Shown: positions 1-7,922 of the stretch, piece by piece
How the letters are laid out: every line of letters starts with the position of its first letter
How positions within the stretch are numbered: the first letter of the stretch is position 1
Source: an uncultured Muribaculaceae bacterium
GTDB taxonomy: Bacteria; Bacillota_I; Bacilli_A; RF39; UBA660
Assembly (NCBI GenBank): GCA_964560995.1
Contig: CAZLNI010000001.1
Span: 1-30,583, forward strand
Direction of reading: 5' to 3'
DNA: 30,583 bases
Notes under the pieces: generated by a model
Seen by the model: the letters and a program-made list of their open reading frames with translations, nothing else
The model's database searches: none
What the model was told of the DNA's origin: nothing
Made by a program: the position numbers and the translations under genes

Positions 1-57
1 TTAATTATACCTTACTTACTACTCTTTTTTAAACTCTCAACTATTACGAACTTTCAT

Positions 58-77
58 AAAAAAAAGGCACAAGGCCT
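58..77 (-). terminator. Intrinsic terminator after khpA
   Basis: Minus strand AGGC-CTTGT-GCCT followed by a T run, overlapping the TAG stop. Confidence 0.6.
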
Positions 78-324
78 AAATAGAATCGACATTGACTTTT
101 ATTTTAGGTAAGTTCTGTTTATAAGCGCAAGCGTTGACTAACGTCCTTATCGCTTTTATTGTTGCACCAGAGCGTCCGATAACGGTACTCATATCATCAT
201 TATGTACGATGATTTCCAATATTGGTGTTCCGTCTTCGTCTTCGAAATCTTGTATCTTGACGATTTCGGGATTTTTTACTAAACCTAAAACTAGTTTTGT
301 CGTAAATTCTTTTACTACATCCAT
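76..324 (-). CDS. khpA: KH-domain RNA-binding protein (KhpA/YlqC family)
   Basis: 82 aa single KH domain with VIGRSGATI (GxxG) loop, directly downstream of rpsP as in other Firmicutes. Confidence 0.9.
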   Translation of the reverse strand: MDVVKEFTTKLVLGLVKNPEIVKIQDFEDEDGTPILEIIVHNDDMSTVIGRSGATIKAIRTLVNACAYKQNLPKIKVNVDSI

Positions 325-327
325 GAA

Positions 328-603
328 CTATTTTCCTTCTTTTTTATTTGATTTAAATTTTGCCCATGTTCCTGTCGTGCTAAGCAAATTTTTTACAGTA
401 TCTGTAGGTTGTGCTCCATTTGCAAGCCATTTAAGAGCTTTTTCTTCGTCGATTTTGACTTGCTCATCTTTCCCGATGGGATTATAAGTTCCTACAACTT
501 CTATAAATCTACCATCTCTAGGACTTCTAGAATCAGCAGCAACTATTCTATAGAAAGGTTTCGCTTTAGCGCCCATTCTTTTTAATCTCAATTTAACTGC
601 CAT
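328..603 (-). CDS. rpsP: 30S ribosomal protein S16
   Basis: [35 protein letters not shown] signature; GGAGG SD upstream. Confidence 0.99.
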   Translation of the reverse strand: MAVKLRLKRMGAKAKPFYRIVAADSRSPRDGRFIEVVGTYNPIGKDEQVKIDEEKALKWLANGAQPTDTVKNLLSTTGTWAKFKSNKKEGK

Positions 604-629
604 GTTTACCTCCTCCGTTCATTAAAAAC

Positions 630-658
630 ATGATATCATCTTTTAATTGTGATGTCAA
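630..658 (-). promoter_or_regulatory. sigma-A promoter of rpsP-khpA
   Basis: TTGACA-17 nt-TATCAT with extended -10 TG. Confidence 0.75.
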
Positions 659-696
659 CCATTTTTGGTTGACTACCATAAGAAAAATTTTAATAT

Positions 697-721
697 TAAA
701 ACCGCAATTTTGTAATGCGGT
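697..721 (-). terminator. Intrinsic terminator after the cadherin-like gene
   Basis: ACCGCA-9 nt-TGCGGT followed by TTT, 10 nt after the TGA stop. Confidence 0.55.
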
Positions 722-730
722 CATCAATTA

Positions 731-2215
731 TCAAAAATCTTTAAAGTCGAACTCTTTAGTTTGTTCTTCATCTTGCATCTCATCATAAGAGCTGCGTTTA
801 ATCTTTTTGAGTTCCTCTGGATCAAACTTTTGAGTACGGTCATCTTCATATAACTCTGATTTTAATATTTCAGTGATGCTTTCTTCTTCGGTAGGATATT
901 CCTTTTTTTCGATATAATCCTCATCTTCTTTGGCAGCATGCTTAGGCGTATCATTGTCGACTGCGTTTAATTCGACTGTTCTTTCGGCTCCTTCTCTTCT
1001 TTTAAGAGGCAATTTTGCTTCTTCTTTTTTCTTTTTATTATTCTTTCTAAAGAGGATGATAGCTACAGCTATGACGACAACTAGGATAGCACTTACGATA
1101 CCCACGATTAACCAAACGTTAACTCCCTTTTTCTTAGTATCTTGAGGTTTATCGTCTTCAACTGGTATAGCAGAGGATTTATCTTCCTCTTTAATGACGG
1201 TTATCTCATATACTTGCTCGTCTTGTCCATCAGAACTCTTAACTATTATCTTAACTAAATTCTCGCCTTCAGCAAAGTTTTCATTTCCTTCTATTTTTAC
1301 CTCTGCCATAGGGTCTTCTAATTCATACTTAAAATCCAGCTTATTTATTTCTTTATCGATTTGAACGGTATACTTGTTATTTTTAGATTCAAAGGATGGA
1401 CTAAGAGAAGCGCCAATATTATTTATTGCGAGGTCTTTTAGGAAAGCACTCGGTTCAGCAATTTCTCCACGAATAACTGTCAACTTATAAGTGTTTTTTG
1501 TCGTGCCATCCTCTGCAGTAACCGTTATTTCAAAATTGTTCTCGCCCATCTCGAGCGATTTAGCTCCTGAATCCCCGGTGACCGTCGCCCCTTGACATGG
1601 AATTGGCGTGATTCTTATATAGTTAAGTGTATCGCGAACTTGGACTTTATAATCTGTTATCGTCGAATCAAAAGAGGGAGTAAGAGTGCCAGAGTTAAGT
1701 TCGATATTCGTAAGTACTGCTTCGCTCGATTTAGGTCTTTCATATTTGACATTGCCGTTTAACGCTTTGATACCGGCATCTCCCGGTACGACCGTCGCAC
1801 CATCATCTTTTTTATAAAACTTTACGGCTGTAGGAGTAATCCTTATATCGCTATCCATCGAATCGCTCGTACGAAATACTACTGAACCTAATTCTATCTC
1901 TGAAAGGCTGCCGGATTTCGTCTCAAAAGAATAGGTCACGATATCGCCGTTTTGATTTGTAGAATATGTCAACCCTGCCCCTGTATTCGGTTGTAATCCA
2001 GTCACTTGAGCATAAAATGTATTAGATACACTCAGTTGAAATTCCACTTTATTATAATTTACTAAGTCTTCATCTGTTAGAGAAATTTTTACCTCATTAT
2101 TCTGAGTACCTGCTTTGGCAATACCGTCGCTTATCTTTAAAGTCGCTGCTTCAACCCCCGTAACTAGACCTATAGAACATACCGTTACACACAATAGATT
2201 TTTGATTTTCTTCAT
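731..2215 (-). CDS. Membrane-anchored surface protein: signal peptide, cohesin-like N-domain, two cadherin-like beta-sandwich repeats, C-terminal TM helix, charged tail
   Basis: Signal ending VEA-A; two LxxLxxxxxxLxPxFxxxxxxYxVxV repeats (LTNIELNSGTLTPSFDSTITDYKVQV and LKDLAINNIGASLSPSFESKNNKYTVQI); TM WLIVGIVSAILVVVIAVAIILF followed by RKNNKKKK. Confidence 0.8.
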   Translation of the reverse strand: MKKIKNLLCVTVCSIGLVTGVEAATLKISDGIAKAGTQNNEVKISLTDEDLVNYNKVEFQLSVSNTFYAQVTGLQPNTGAGLTYSTNQNGDIVTYSFETKSGSLSEIELGSVVFRTSDSMDSDIRITPTAVKFYKKDDGATVVPGDAGIKALNGNVKYERPKSSEAVLTNIELNSGTLTPSFDSTITDYKVQVRDTLNYIRITPIPCQGATVTGDSGAKSLEMGENNFEITVTAEDGTTKNTYKLTVIRGEIAEPSAFLKDLAINNIGASLSPSFESKNNKYTVQIDKEINKLDFKYELEDPMAEVKIEGNENFAEGENLVKIIVKSSDGQDEQVYEITVIKEEDKSSAIPVEDDKPQDTKKKGVNVWLIVGIVSAILVVVIAVAIILFRKNNKKKKEEAKLPLKRREGAERTVELNAVDNDTPKHAAKEDEDYIEKKEYPTEEESITEILKSELYEDDRTQKFDPEELKKIKRSSYDEMQDEEQTKEFDFKDF

Positions 2216-2230
2216 CTTTTAATTCTCCTT

Positions 2231-3313
2231 TTAAATCATTTTCAACAAAATTTCGTTCATCACATAAATATATTTTGGATTTATAAAAATATACCCATTT
2301 TTATATATCAGTTGTCTCGACTTTATGAGGGGTTTGACAGGAAAAACCTCTTGAATATTTACTTCATATTTATCAAAAAATTCTTGAAGATTTATTCCTT
2401 TCATCTTTCTCAGACCCAACATCACTTCGTTTTCCATCATCTCTGTGCGACTGACCAGATGTTCCTCTTTTTTAAAGGCTCCTAAAACATAGTCTTTTAT
2501 ACTTCGCGTATTATCGTACCTAAAACCCTTAATATAGCCAGATGCCCCTAAACCGAAGCCATAATATTCACAGTTATTCCAATAACATAAATTGTGTCTG
2601 CTTTCATAATTAGGCTTCGCAAAATTTGACACTTCATAGTGATGATAACCTGCTCGCTCAAGAGTACTCACTATGTAGTTATACATCTTAAGTTCTTCCT
2701 CTTCTTTGATGTTTTCGTCTTGTCTAATCTTACACATCGTATAATCTTCGATAATCAAAGAATATGTGCTGATATGTTCTGGATTCAACTTTAAAAACTG
2801 ATGTAAATCTTTTTTTAAGTCGCTCACCTTTTCATAAGGGATGCCATACATCAAATCTAAATTGATATTCTTAAACCCCATATTTCTAATCAATTCGATT
2901 TTACTCTGAGCATCTTTAAAATCTGCTTTGCGGTTCATGAAAGACAATTTGTCTCGATCAAACGATTCGATACCGATAGATAATCTGTTTACTCCCATTT
3001 CTTTTAAGTCGATTAGTAAATCTTCATCGATATCTTCGATATTACATTCAAAGGTAAATTCATAATCCTTCGCCAGTTTGAAAATGCATATTATATTTTG
3101 AAGCTTCTTCCTTTCTTCTCTCGTAAGACTGGACGGTGTCCCGCCGCCTATATAAAGAGTTTCGACGAGTTCATGTTCATAGGAATCTTCTACCTCACTT
3201 TTGAGGGCATCTAAATAGGTCAATACATAATCTCTATTATAGAGCACTTTACAAAAGTCACAATATGCACAGATAGATTTACAAAAGGGTATGTGTATAT
3301 AAATACTTGCCAT
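2231..3313 (-). CDS. hemW: Radical SAM heme chaperone HemW (HemN-like)
   Basis: YIHIPFCKSICAYCDF (CxxxCxxC), YIGGGTPS, YEVSNFAK and HNLCYW motifs; near lepA. Confidence 0.92.
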   Translation of the reverse strand: MASIYIHIPFCKSICAYCDFCKVLYNRDYVLTYLDALKSEVEDSYEHELVETLYIGGGTPSSLTREERKKLQNIICIFKLAKDYEFTFECNIEDIDEDLLIDLKEMGVNRLSIGIESFDRDKLSFMNRKADFKDAQSKIELIRNMGFKNINLDLMYGIPYEKVSDLKKDLHQFLKLNPEHISTYSLIIEDYTMCKIRQDENIKEEEELKMYNYIVSTLERAGYHHYEVSNFAKPNYESRHNLCYWNNCEYYGFGLGASGYIKGFRYDNTRSIKDYVLGAFKKEEHLVSRTEMMENEVMLGLRKMKGINLQEFFDKYEVNIQEVFPVKPLIKSRQLIYKNGYIFINPKYIYVMNEILLKMI

Positions 3314-3341
3314 ATACTACTCCTCTACCTTGAATACATCT

Positions 3342-3370
3342 ATTATATCATTTTATTGTGTTTTATTCAA
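3342..3370 (-). promoter_or_regulatory. sigma-A promoter of hemW, overlapping the HD gene stop
   Basis: TTGAAT-17 nt-TATAAT with extended -10 TG. Confidence 0.7.
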
Positions 3371-3944
3371 GTATGTTGTCGTGTTCGTCGAAATTGACAT
3401 TGATAAATTTTTTACTCGATAGATAGTCACACATATGGACAAACTTTTCTTCGACTGACTTTGGAAGAGGCAAAATTATGTCGGGATTGTAAGTATTAGT
3501 ATTCCACTTTCCCATGTGACTCGCGTCCATTTTGGCGATTCTTTCAATCTGTTCATCAGTCAATTCTAGTTTGTCTCTTTGCTCTTTTAAATAGTTAGCT
3601 ATCAAAATTGGATGGTCGAATCTTGTATAACGTTCTTCGGATAAGCCTTTTTTTAGTCCATCGTGTATTATTAGAGCAAACACTATGAGATCCTTTGTTT
3701 CTTGGTCGAATTTATATATGTTAAAAAGCTCGACGGCGAAGCGAACGGCAACTTTAACGTGTCTTACTAAGCCGCCTTCCCCAGACGAAAATGCAGGATG
3801 ATATTTGCCGGTCGAGCTCGCTGGTTCGTGAAAATAATAGTCTGGTAGCAGCTCGACCATCTTTTTAGCACTTCTTCTTATCTTTTCGTCTTCAATATAA
3901 TTTAATTCTACTGCGAAGATATCGCTAGAAATTTTAGTATCCAT
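3363..3944 (-). CDS. Stand-alone HD-domain phosphohydrolase (YhaM/phage-type)
   Basis: PASSTGKYHP..GGLVRH, IIHDGLK (HD), SHMGKW and HMCDYLSS metal-binding motifs. Confidence 0.85.
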   Translation of the reverse strand: MDTKISSDIFAVELNYIEDEKIRRSAKKMVELLPDYYFHEPASSTGKYHPAFSSGEGGLVRHVKVAVRFAVELFNIYKFDQETKDLIVFALIIHDGLKKGLSEERYTRFDHPILIANYLKEQRDKLELTDEQIERIAKMDASHMGKWNTNTYNPDIILPLPKSVEEKFVHMCDYLSSKKFINVNFDEHDNILE

Positions 3945-3962
3945 ATTTCTTACTTCTTTCTA

Positions 3963-5759
3963 TTATTTATCCGATTTTAGGACGCTTAAGAAAGCTTCAC
4001 TCGGAAGTTCGACGCGTCCAACCATCTTCATTCTCTTTTTTCCTTCTTTTTGTTTCTCTAAAAGCTTTCTTTTTCGAGAAATGTCGCCACCGTAACATTT
4101 GGCTAAAACATTTTTCTTCATGGCACTTATCGTCTCACGTGCAATTATTTTAGAACCGATCGACGCTTGTATAGGCACTTGGAACAATTGTCGAGGTATT
4201 ATCTCTTTTAAGTTCTCGACGATTTTACGACCACGTGCATAGGCATAGTCTTTGTGGACGATGACACTTAAAGCATCTACTATTTCACCGTTTAAAAGAA
4301 TGTCCATTTTGACGAGGTCAGATTCCCTATAGCCTGTTAGTTCATAATCGAAAGAAGCATAACCTTTCGTAGAACTCTTAAGTTTGTCGAAGAAATCGTA
4401 AACTATTTCCGATAAAGGCAAATAATAGTGAACGTTTACTCGCTCGGCATCGATGTACTCAGTATTATCAAATATTCCCCTTTTATCTTGGCACAGATTC
4501 ATGATAGAGCCGATGTATTCTGTTGGAACGAGAATGTTTGTGCGGATGAAAGGTTCTTCAATCGAACGAATCGTCGCCCTATCTGGCATCTTATTAGGAC
4601 TATCGATTTCTTTTGCTTCGCCGTTTGTGAGAGTAACCCTATAAATTACACTCGGTGAAGTAGCGATTATATCGACGTTGAATTCGCGACGAATCCTCTC
4701 CTCTATGACATCCATATGGAGAAGTCCTAGGAACCCACAACGAAAACCGAAACCTAAAGCATCCGACGTCTCTGGGTCGATTGACAAAGCGGCATCGTTA
4801 AGCTTTAGTTTTTCTAAAGCGTCTTTGAGAGCTTCATATTTGTTAGGTTCGATTGGGAAAAGTCCTGAATAAACCATCGGCTTCATAGGTTTATAACCAG
4901 CAAGTTGAGTTTTTGCTTCGCTTCGTTTAGTGGTCAAAGTATCCCCTACTTTTACTCCTTCGATATTCTTAATCGCGGCACTTACCCAGCCTACTTCACC
5001 ACTTTTGAGTTCATCGCGTAGGGAAAGATGAGGAGTATTTTTTCCTAGTTCGACCACTTCGAATTCTTCACCCGTCGCCAAAAATTTTATCGTATCTTTT
5101 AAACGAATGTTGCCTTCTACTACTTTGATTGATACGATGACTCCCCGATAAGCATCGTACAAAGAGTCGAAGATAAGAGCGCGCGTAGGAGCATCGTTCT
5201 TTATTTTGGGAGGATTTATGCGTTCGATGATGGCTTCTATCAGTTCGCGAACACCCTCACCCGTTTTACCACTACAAAGGATTATTTCCTCGTCTTTAAA
5301 CCCAAGAACGTTTTTTAGTTCTTCTTTGACTTTGGGAATATCGGCATTGGGAAGATCGATTTTATTAATGACGGGAATTATAGTCAAATCGTTTTCGAGA
5401 GCTAAATAGAGATTGGCAAGAGTTTGCGCTTCTATACCCTGTGCTGCATCGACGACGAGAATAGCTCCCTCGCAGGCAGCCAAACTTCGGCTTACTTCGT
5501 AAGAAAAGTCGACATGCCCTGGAGTATCGATTAGATGGAGAGTATATTCTTCGTCTTTATATTTATAATTTAGTTCGACGGCATTTAGTTTGATAGTGAT
5601 GCCTCTTTCGCGTTCGATATCCATGCTGTCGAGCATTTGGGCTTTCAGCTCTCTTTTTTCTACTCCACCCGTTATCTCCAATATGCGGTCAGCTAAGGTA
5701 CTCTTACCATGGTCGATGTGAGCAATGATAGAAAAATTTCTGATATTGGTCTGTTTCAT
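3963..5759 (-). CDS. lepA: Elongation factor 4 (LepA)
   Basis: [64 protein letters not shown]; ATG at 5759 preferred over GTG at 5768 on SD spacing. Confidence 0.99.
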   Translation of the reverse strand: MKQTNIRNFSIIAHIDHGKSTLADRILEITGGVEKRELKAQMLDSMDIERERGITIKLNAVELNYKYKDEEYTLHLIDTPGHVDFSYEVSRSLAACEGAILVVDAAQGIEAQTLANLYLALENDLTIIPVINKIDLPNADIPKVKEELKNVLGFKDEEIILCSGKTGEGVRELIEAIIERINPPKIKNDAPTRALIFDSLYDAYRGVIVSIKVVEGNIRLKDTIKFLATGEEFEVVELGKNTPHLSLRDELKSGEVGWVSAAIKNIEGVKVGDTLTTKRSEAKTQLAGYKPMKPMVYSGLFPIEPNKYEALKDALEKLKLNDAALSIDPETSDALGFGFRCGFLGLLHMDVIEERIRREFNVDIIATSPSVIYRVTLTNGEAKEIDSPNKMPDRATIRSIEEPFIRTNILVPTEYIGSIMNLCQDKRGIFDNTEYIDAERVNVHYYLPLSEIVYDFFDKLKSSTKGYASFDYELTGYRESDLVKMDILLNGEIVDALSVIVHKDYAYARGRKIVENLKEIIPRQLFQVPIQASIGSKIIARETISAMKKNVLAKCYGGDISRKRKLLEKQKEGKKRMKMVGRVELPSEAFLSVLKSDK

Positions 5760-5777
5760 ATGTTTCACCTATTCGGT

Positions 5778-5806
5778 ATTATACTATCTAATAAGGAATT
5801 TGACAA
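5778..5806 (-). promoter_or_regulatory. sigma-A promoter of lepA
   Basis: TTGTCA-17 nt-TATAAT. Confidence 0.75.
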
Positions 5807-5809
5807 ACG

Positions 5810-5836
5810 AAAACGCACACCTTTTTTGAGTGTGCG
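5810..5836 (-). terminator. Intrinsic terminator after surface-protein paralog 1
   Basis: CGCACAC-9 nt-GTGTGCG followed by TTTT. Confidence 0.65.
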
Positions 5837-5859
5837 ATATAGTATTAAAATATTATTTA

Positions 5860-7551
5860 TTATGCTGCTCGGTAAGGCAATTCCATAGTACCCTCTCCGA
5901 TTAAGGTATTTACGTATTCAGCGCTCAGATTGATAACTGGCGCGACGCCGCCCGTATAAGTCACATAATTGTAGTTCAAACTACCACCGCTATTTACACC
6001 GAACACATAAGCATCACTAGTATAAGTGTTAGGCGAGAGTGACCAATACCATGACCCTTTGTATAAATAATATTTATAATTATTTGTTGAGCCATTTGGT
6101 TGATTGTATCTTCCTCCACTTGTTGTTATTTCATCTGCTGTTATTAATCCTACTGGATATTCTAATGCACCGTTTCCTTTGGTTGTATCACTCTCTGTAA
6201 ATGCATCGTTCTTCTCTGGACATTTGAAACTTGGTTGAGGATTACTTACTCCACTTCCTACTCTTCCATATGCTCCATACTCTGTTGTACTTGTTCCAAA
6301 GCCTGTTCCTGTATTATTACTTGCAAAGCTTCTATCATTACAGAATATTTCATCACTTACCGATGCTGAGTATCCTGTATCTACTATATTCTCTTTATAC
6401 CACGTTTCTAGTTGGGTCTTTATATTTGTACTTGTTTCATTGGTTTGAGCTTGTTCTTTACTGGTGCTGGCCGTTCCATTAGCTCCTCCATACATATATC
6501 CTACATATTTGGCATCGTTATAGTTTGTCGTATTCCATGCTACATTTGTTAATGCTAATCTATTTGAATTAGATACTCCATTAGCATGTGCACTCGTTCC
6601 ATCATAGATTATTCTTAAGCTTCCATCTCCGTTGATACGGATTATTCTCCAGAACATATCTTGACCAGATTTATTCTTTCCGAACTTTACATAGTTATTC
6701 TCCACTGCTCCTCTATAGTAATAACTTGTGCCATAGTCATCTTCCATTTCGAAGATTCCATCTTTACTATAGTCATAATTAGTTATTGTTTTGGATGATG
6801 ATATATATGGCATACTTGTTGTCGTCGTTCCTGTTCCTATTTTGTATATTGTTCCTAGATTACTCGATGTTGCTACTGCATTTGTTGTACTACCATAAGT
6901 ACTAACTATATATTTTCCCCTTAAAGTTGTGTAACAACTAGAGTATTGACATTTTTGTGGATTTGTAAGTGTATATAAACCCGTACTTGTATCAAATGTA
7001 TAACTACTTGCATAGGTTATATATCTTGTTTTGTAATCGGTCATATTATTGCTATATTGACTTCCCGAAAAGTTATTGTCTTGATATTGCGTTGGCTTTG
7101 GCGCTATATCTGTGAAGCTTGCTAATACACCTTTTGATGTTACCCCTAGTTTGGTTAACACTTGTTCTGATATAGGAACTACTACTTTATCAAAATACAA
7201 CGTACACGCATCTGTCTTAGAAGCAGTTAACCTAATCTTTTTAGTACTTGCATCTTGAGTTACAGTTCCTCCATTACGACAACTACTTTTTTCCACGTTT
7301 AAAACATACCCATCTGTTGGGAATGTATTCTCAGTACTTGCTGTATATGTTCCTTCTTCGTTTTCTAGGTACATCGCGATAGTTTTGTTTTCTTCTTTTT
7401 TATTTGGACCGATGTATTTTTCGATTGTCCATGTGCCCATTCCTATTGTTAAACCGAGGGTCAAACTTACTATTAATACCTTCTTCGCTTTAGAAGAATT
7501 ATTTTTTAATGACCCCCCCCCCGAATTTGATTTCTTTGCATTGTTTTTCAA
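5860..7551 (-). CDS. Surface protein paralog 1: N-terminal membrane anchor, Cys-pair beta domain, Thr/Tyr-rich insert, conserved WRIIRINGDGSLRIIYDG core, variable C-terminal tip; probably phase-variable (real start ATG 7541, out of frame at G10)
   Basis: Long ORF with hydrophobic VLIVSLTLGLTIGMGTWTI; C-terminal W-x-L-S-P...GGVAPVINL resembling DUF6273/C-type-lectin-like DGR target tails; strong paralogy to 12288-13802. Confidence 0.8.
   Translation of the reverse strand: MKNNAKKSNSGGGSLKNNSSKAKKVLIVSLTLGLTIGMGTWTIEKYIGPNKKEENKTIAMYLENEEGTYTASTENTFPTDGYVLNVEKSSCRNGGTVTQDASTKKIRLTASKTDACTLYFDKVVVPISEQVLTKLGVTSKGVLASFTDIAPKPTQYQDNNFSGSQYSNNMTDYKTRYITYASSYTFDTSTGLYTLTNPQKCQYSSCYTTLRGKYIVSTYGSTTNAVATSSNLGTIYKIGTGTTTTSMPYISSSKTITNYDYSKDGIFEMEDDYGTSYYYRGAVENNYVKFGKNKSGQDMFWRIIRINGDGSLRIIYDGTSAHANGVSNSNRLALTNVAWNTTNYNDAKYVGYMYGGANGTASTSKEQAQTNETSTNIKTQLETWYKENIVDTGYSASVSDEIFCNDRSFASNNTGTGFGTSTTEYGAYGRVGSGVSNPQPSFKCPEKNDAFTESDTTKGNGALEYPVGLITADEITTSGGRYNQPNGSTNNYKYYLYKGSWYWSLSPNTYTSDAYVFGVNSGGSLNYNYVTYTGGVAPVINLSAEYVNTLIGEGTMELPYRAA
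7513..7522 (-). repeat. G10 homopolymer at the 5' end of paralog 1
   Basis: C10 on the plus strand at 7513-7522; the only long G/C run I noticed in this AT-rich window. Confidence 0.95.
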
Positions 7552-7591
7552 TCCTTTCGTAGCACTTTTATCTGTGCTTTATTATGGTTTA

Positions 7592-7620
7592 ATTATATAA
7601 CCTAAAATGATATTTTGCAA
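7592..7620 (-). promoter_or_regulatory. sigma-A promoter of paralog 1
   Basis: TTGCAA-17 nt-TATAAT, followed by a 5'UTR hairpin AGCAC-8 nt-GTGCT (7561-7578) and SD AAAGGA (7552-7557). Confidence 0.75.
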
Positions 7621-7635
7621 TAAATTTTAGTACGC

Positions 7636-7662
7636 AAAAACGACCTTAAGCGTCTTGGTCGT
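7636..7662 (-). terminator. Intrinsic terminator after the small acidic gene
   Basis: ACGACC-11 nt-GGTCGT followed by TTTT, spanning the stop codon. Confidence 0.55.
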
Positions 7663-7912
7663 CTTCATATTTTTCATCGTATTGTAATTGGTAATCTTGC
7701 AATAGTTGATTTAATATGTCGGGTTCATCAATTTTTTTGACAAAATGTTTCCCGTCTTTTTCAACGTCTTGTAGTATTACATAAGTGTTGGTCGGTTCAT
7801 TTTTTTCATCCAACTCTACTCCTAGGAAATATCCTTCTAAATCGAGTTCGCTCTCTAGGAGTAGTAAATATGCTTTATTATTTTTAAGTTTTATAACAGT
7901 ATCTGTCTTCAT
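7646..7912 (-). CDS. Small acidic hypothetical protein (possibly DUF1292-like)
   Basis: 88 aa; GGAGG SD fits the second ATG (7912); beta-rich acidic pattern ending KKIDEPDILNQLLQDY; family call is tentative. Confidence 0.65.
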   Translation of the reverse strand: MKTDTVIKLKNNKAYLLLLESELDLEGYFLGVELDEKNEPTNTYVILQDVEKDGKHFVKKIDEPDILNQLLQDYQLQYDEKYEDDQDA

Positions 7913-7922
7913 ATTCATCCTC

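Noticed and set aside
731-733. Mycoplasma-type genetic code (UGA=Trp)
   Set aside because: TGA ends this gene just before a terminator, and all conserved genes are full length under code 11.
5761-5776. parS site
   Set aside because: Only the half-site TGTTTCAC matches; the GTGAAACA half is absent. I saw no full parS in the window.
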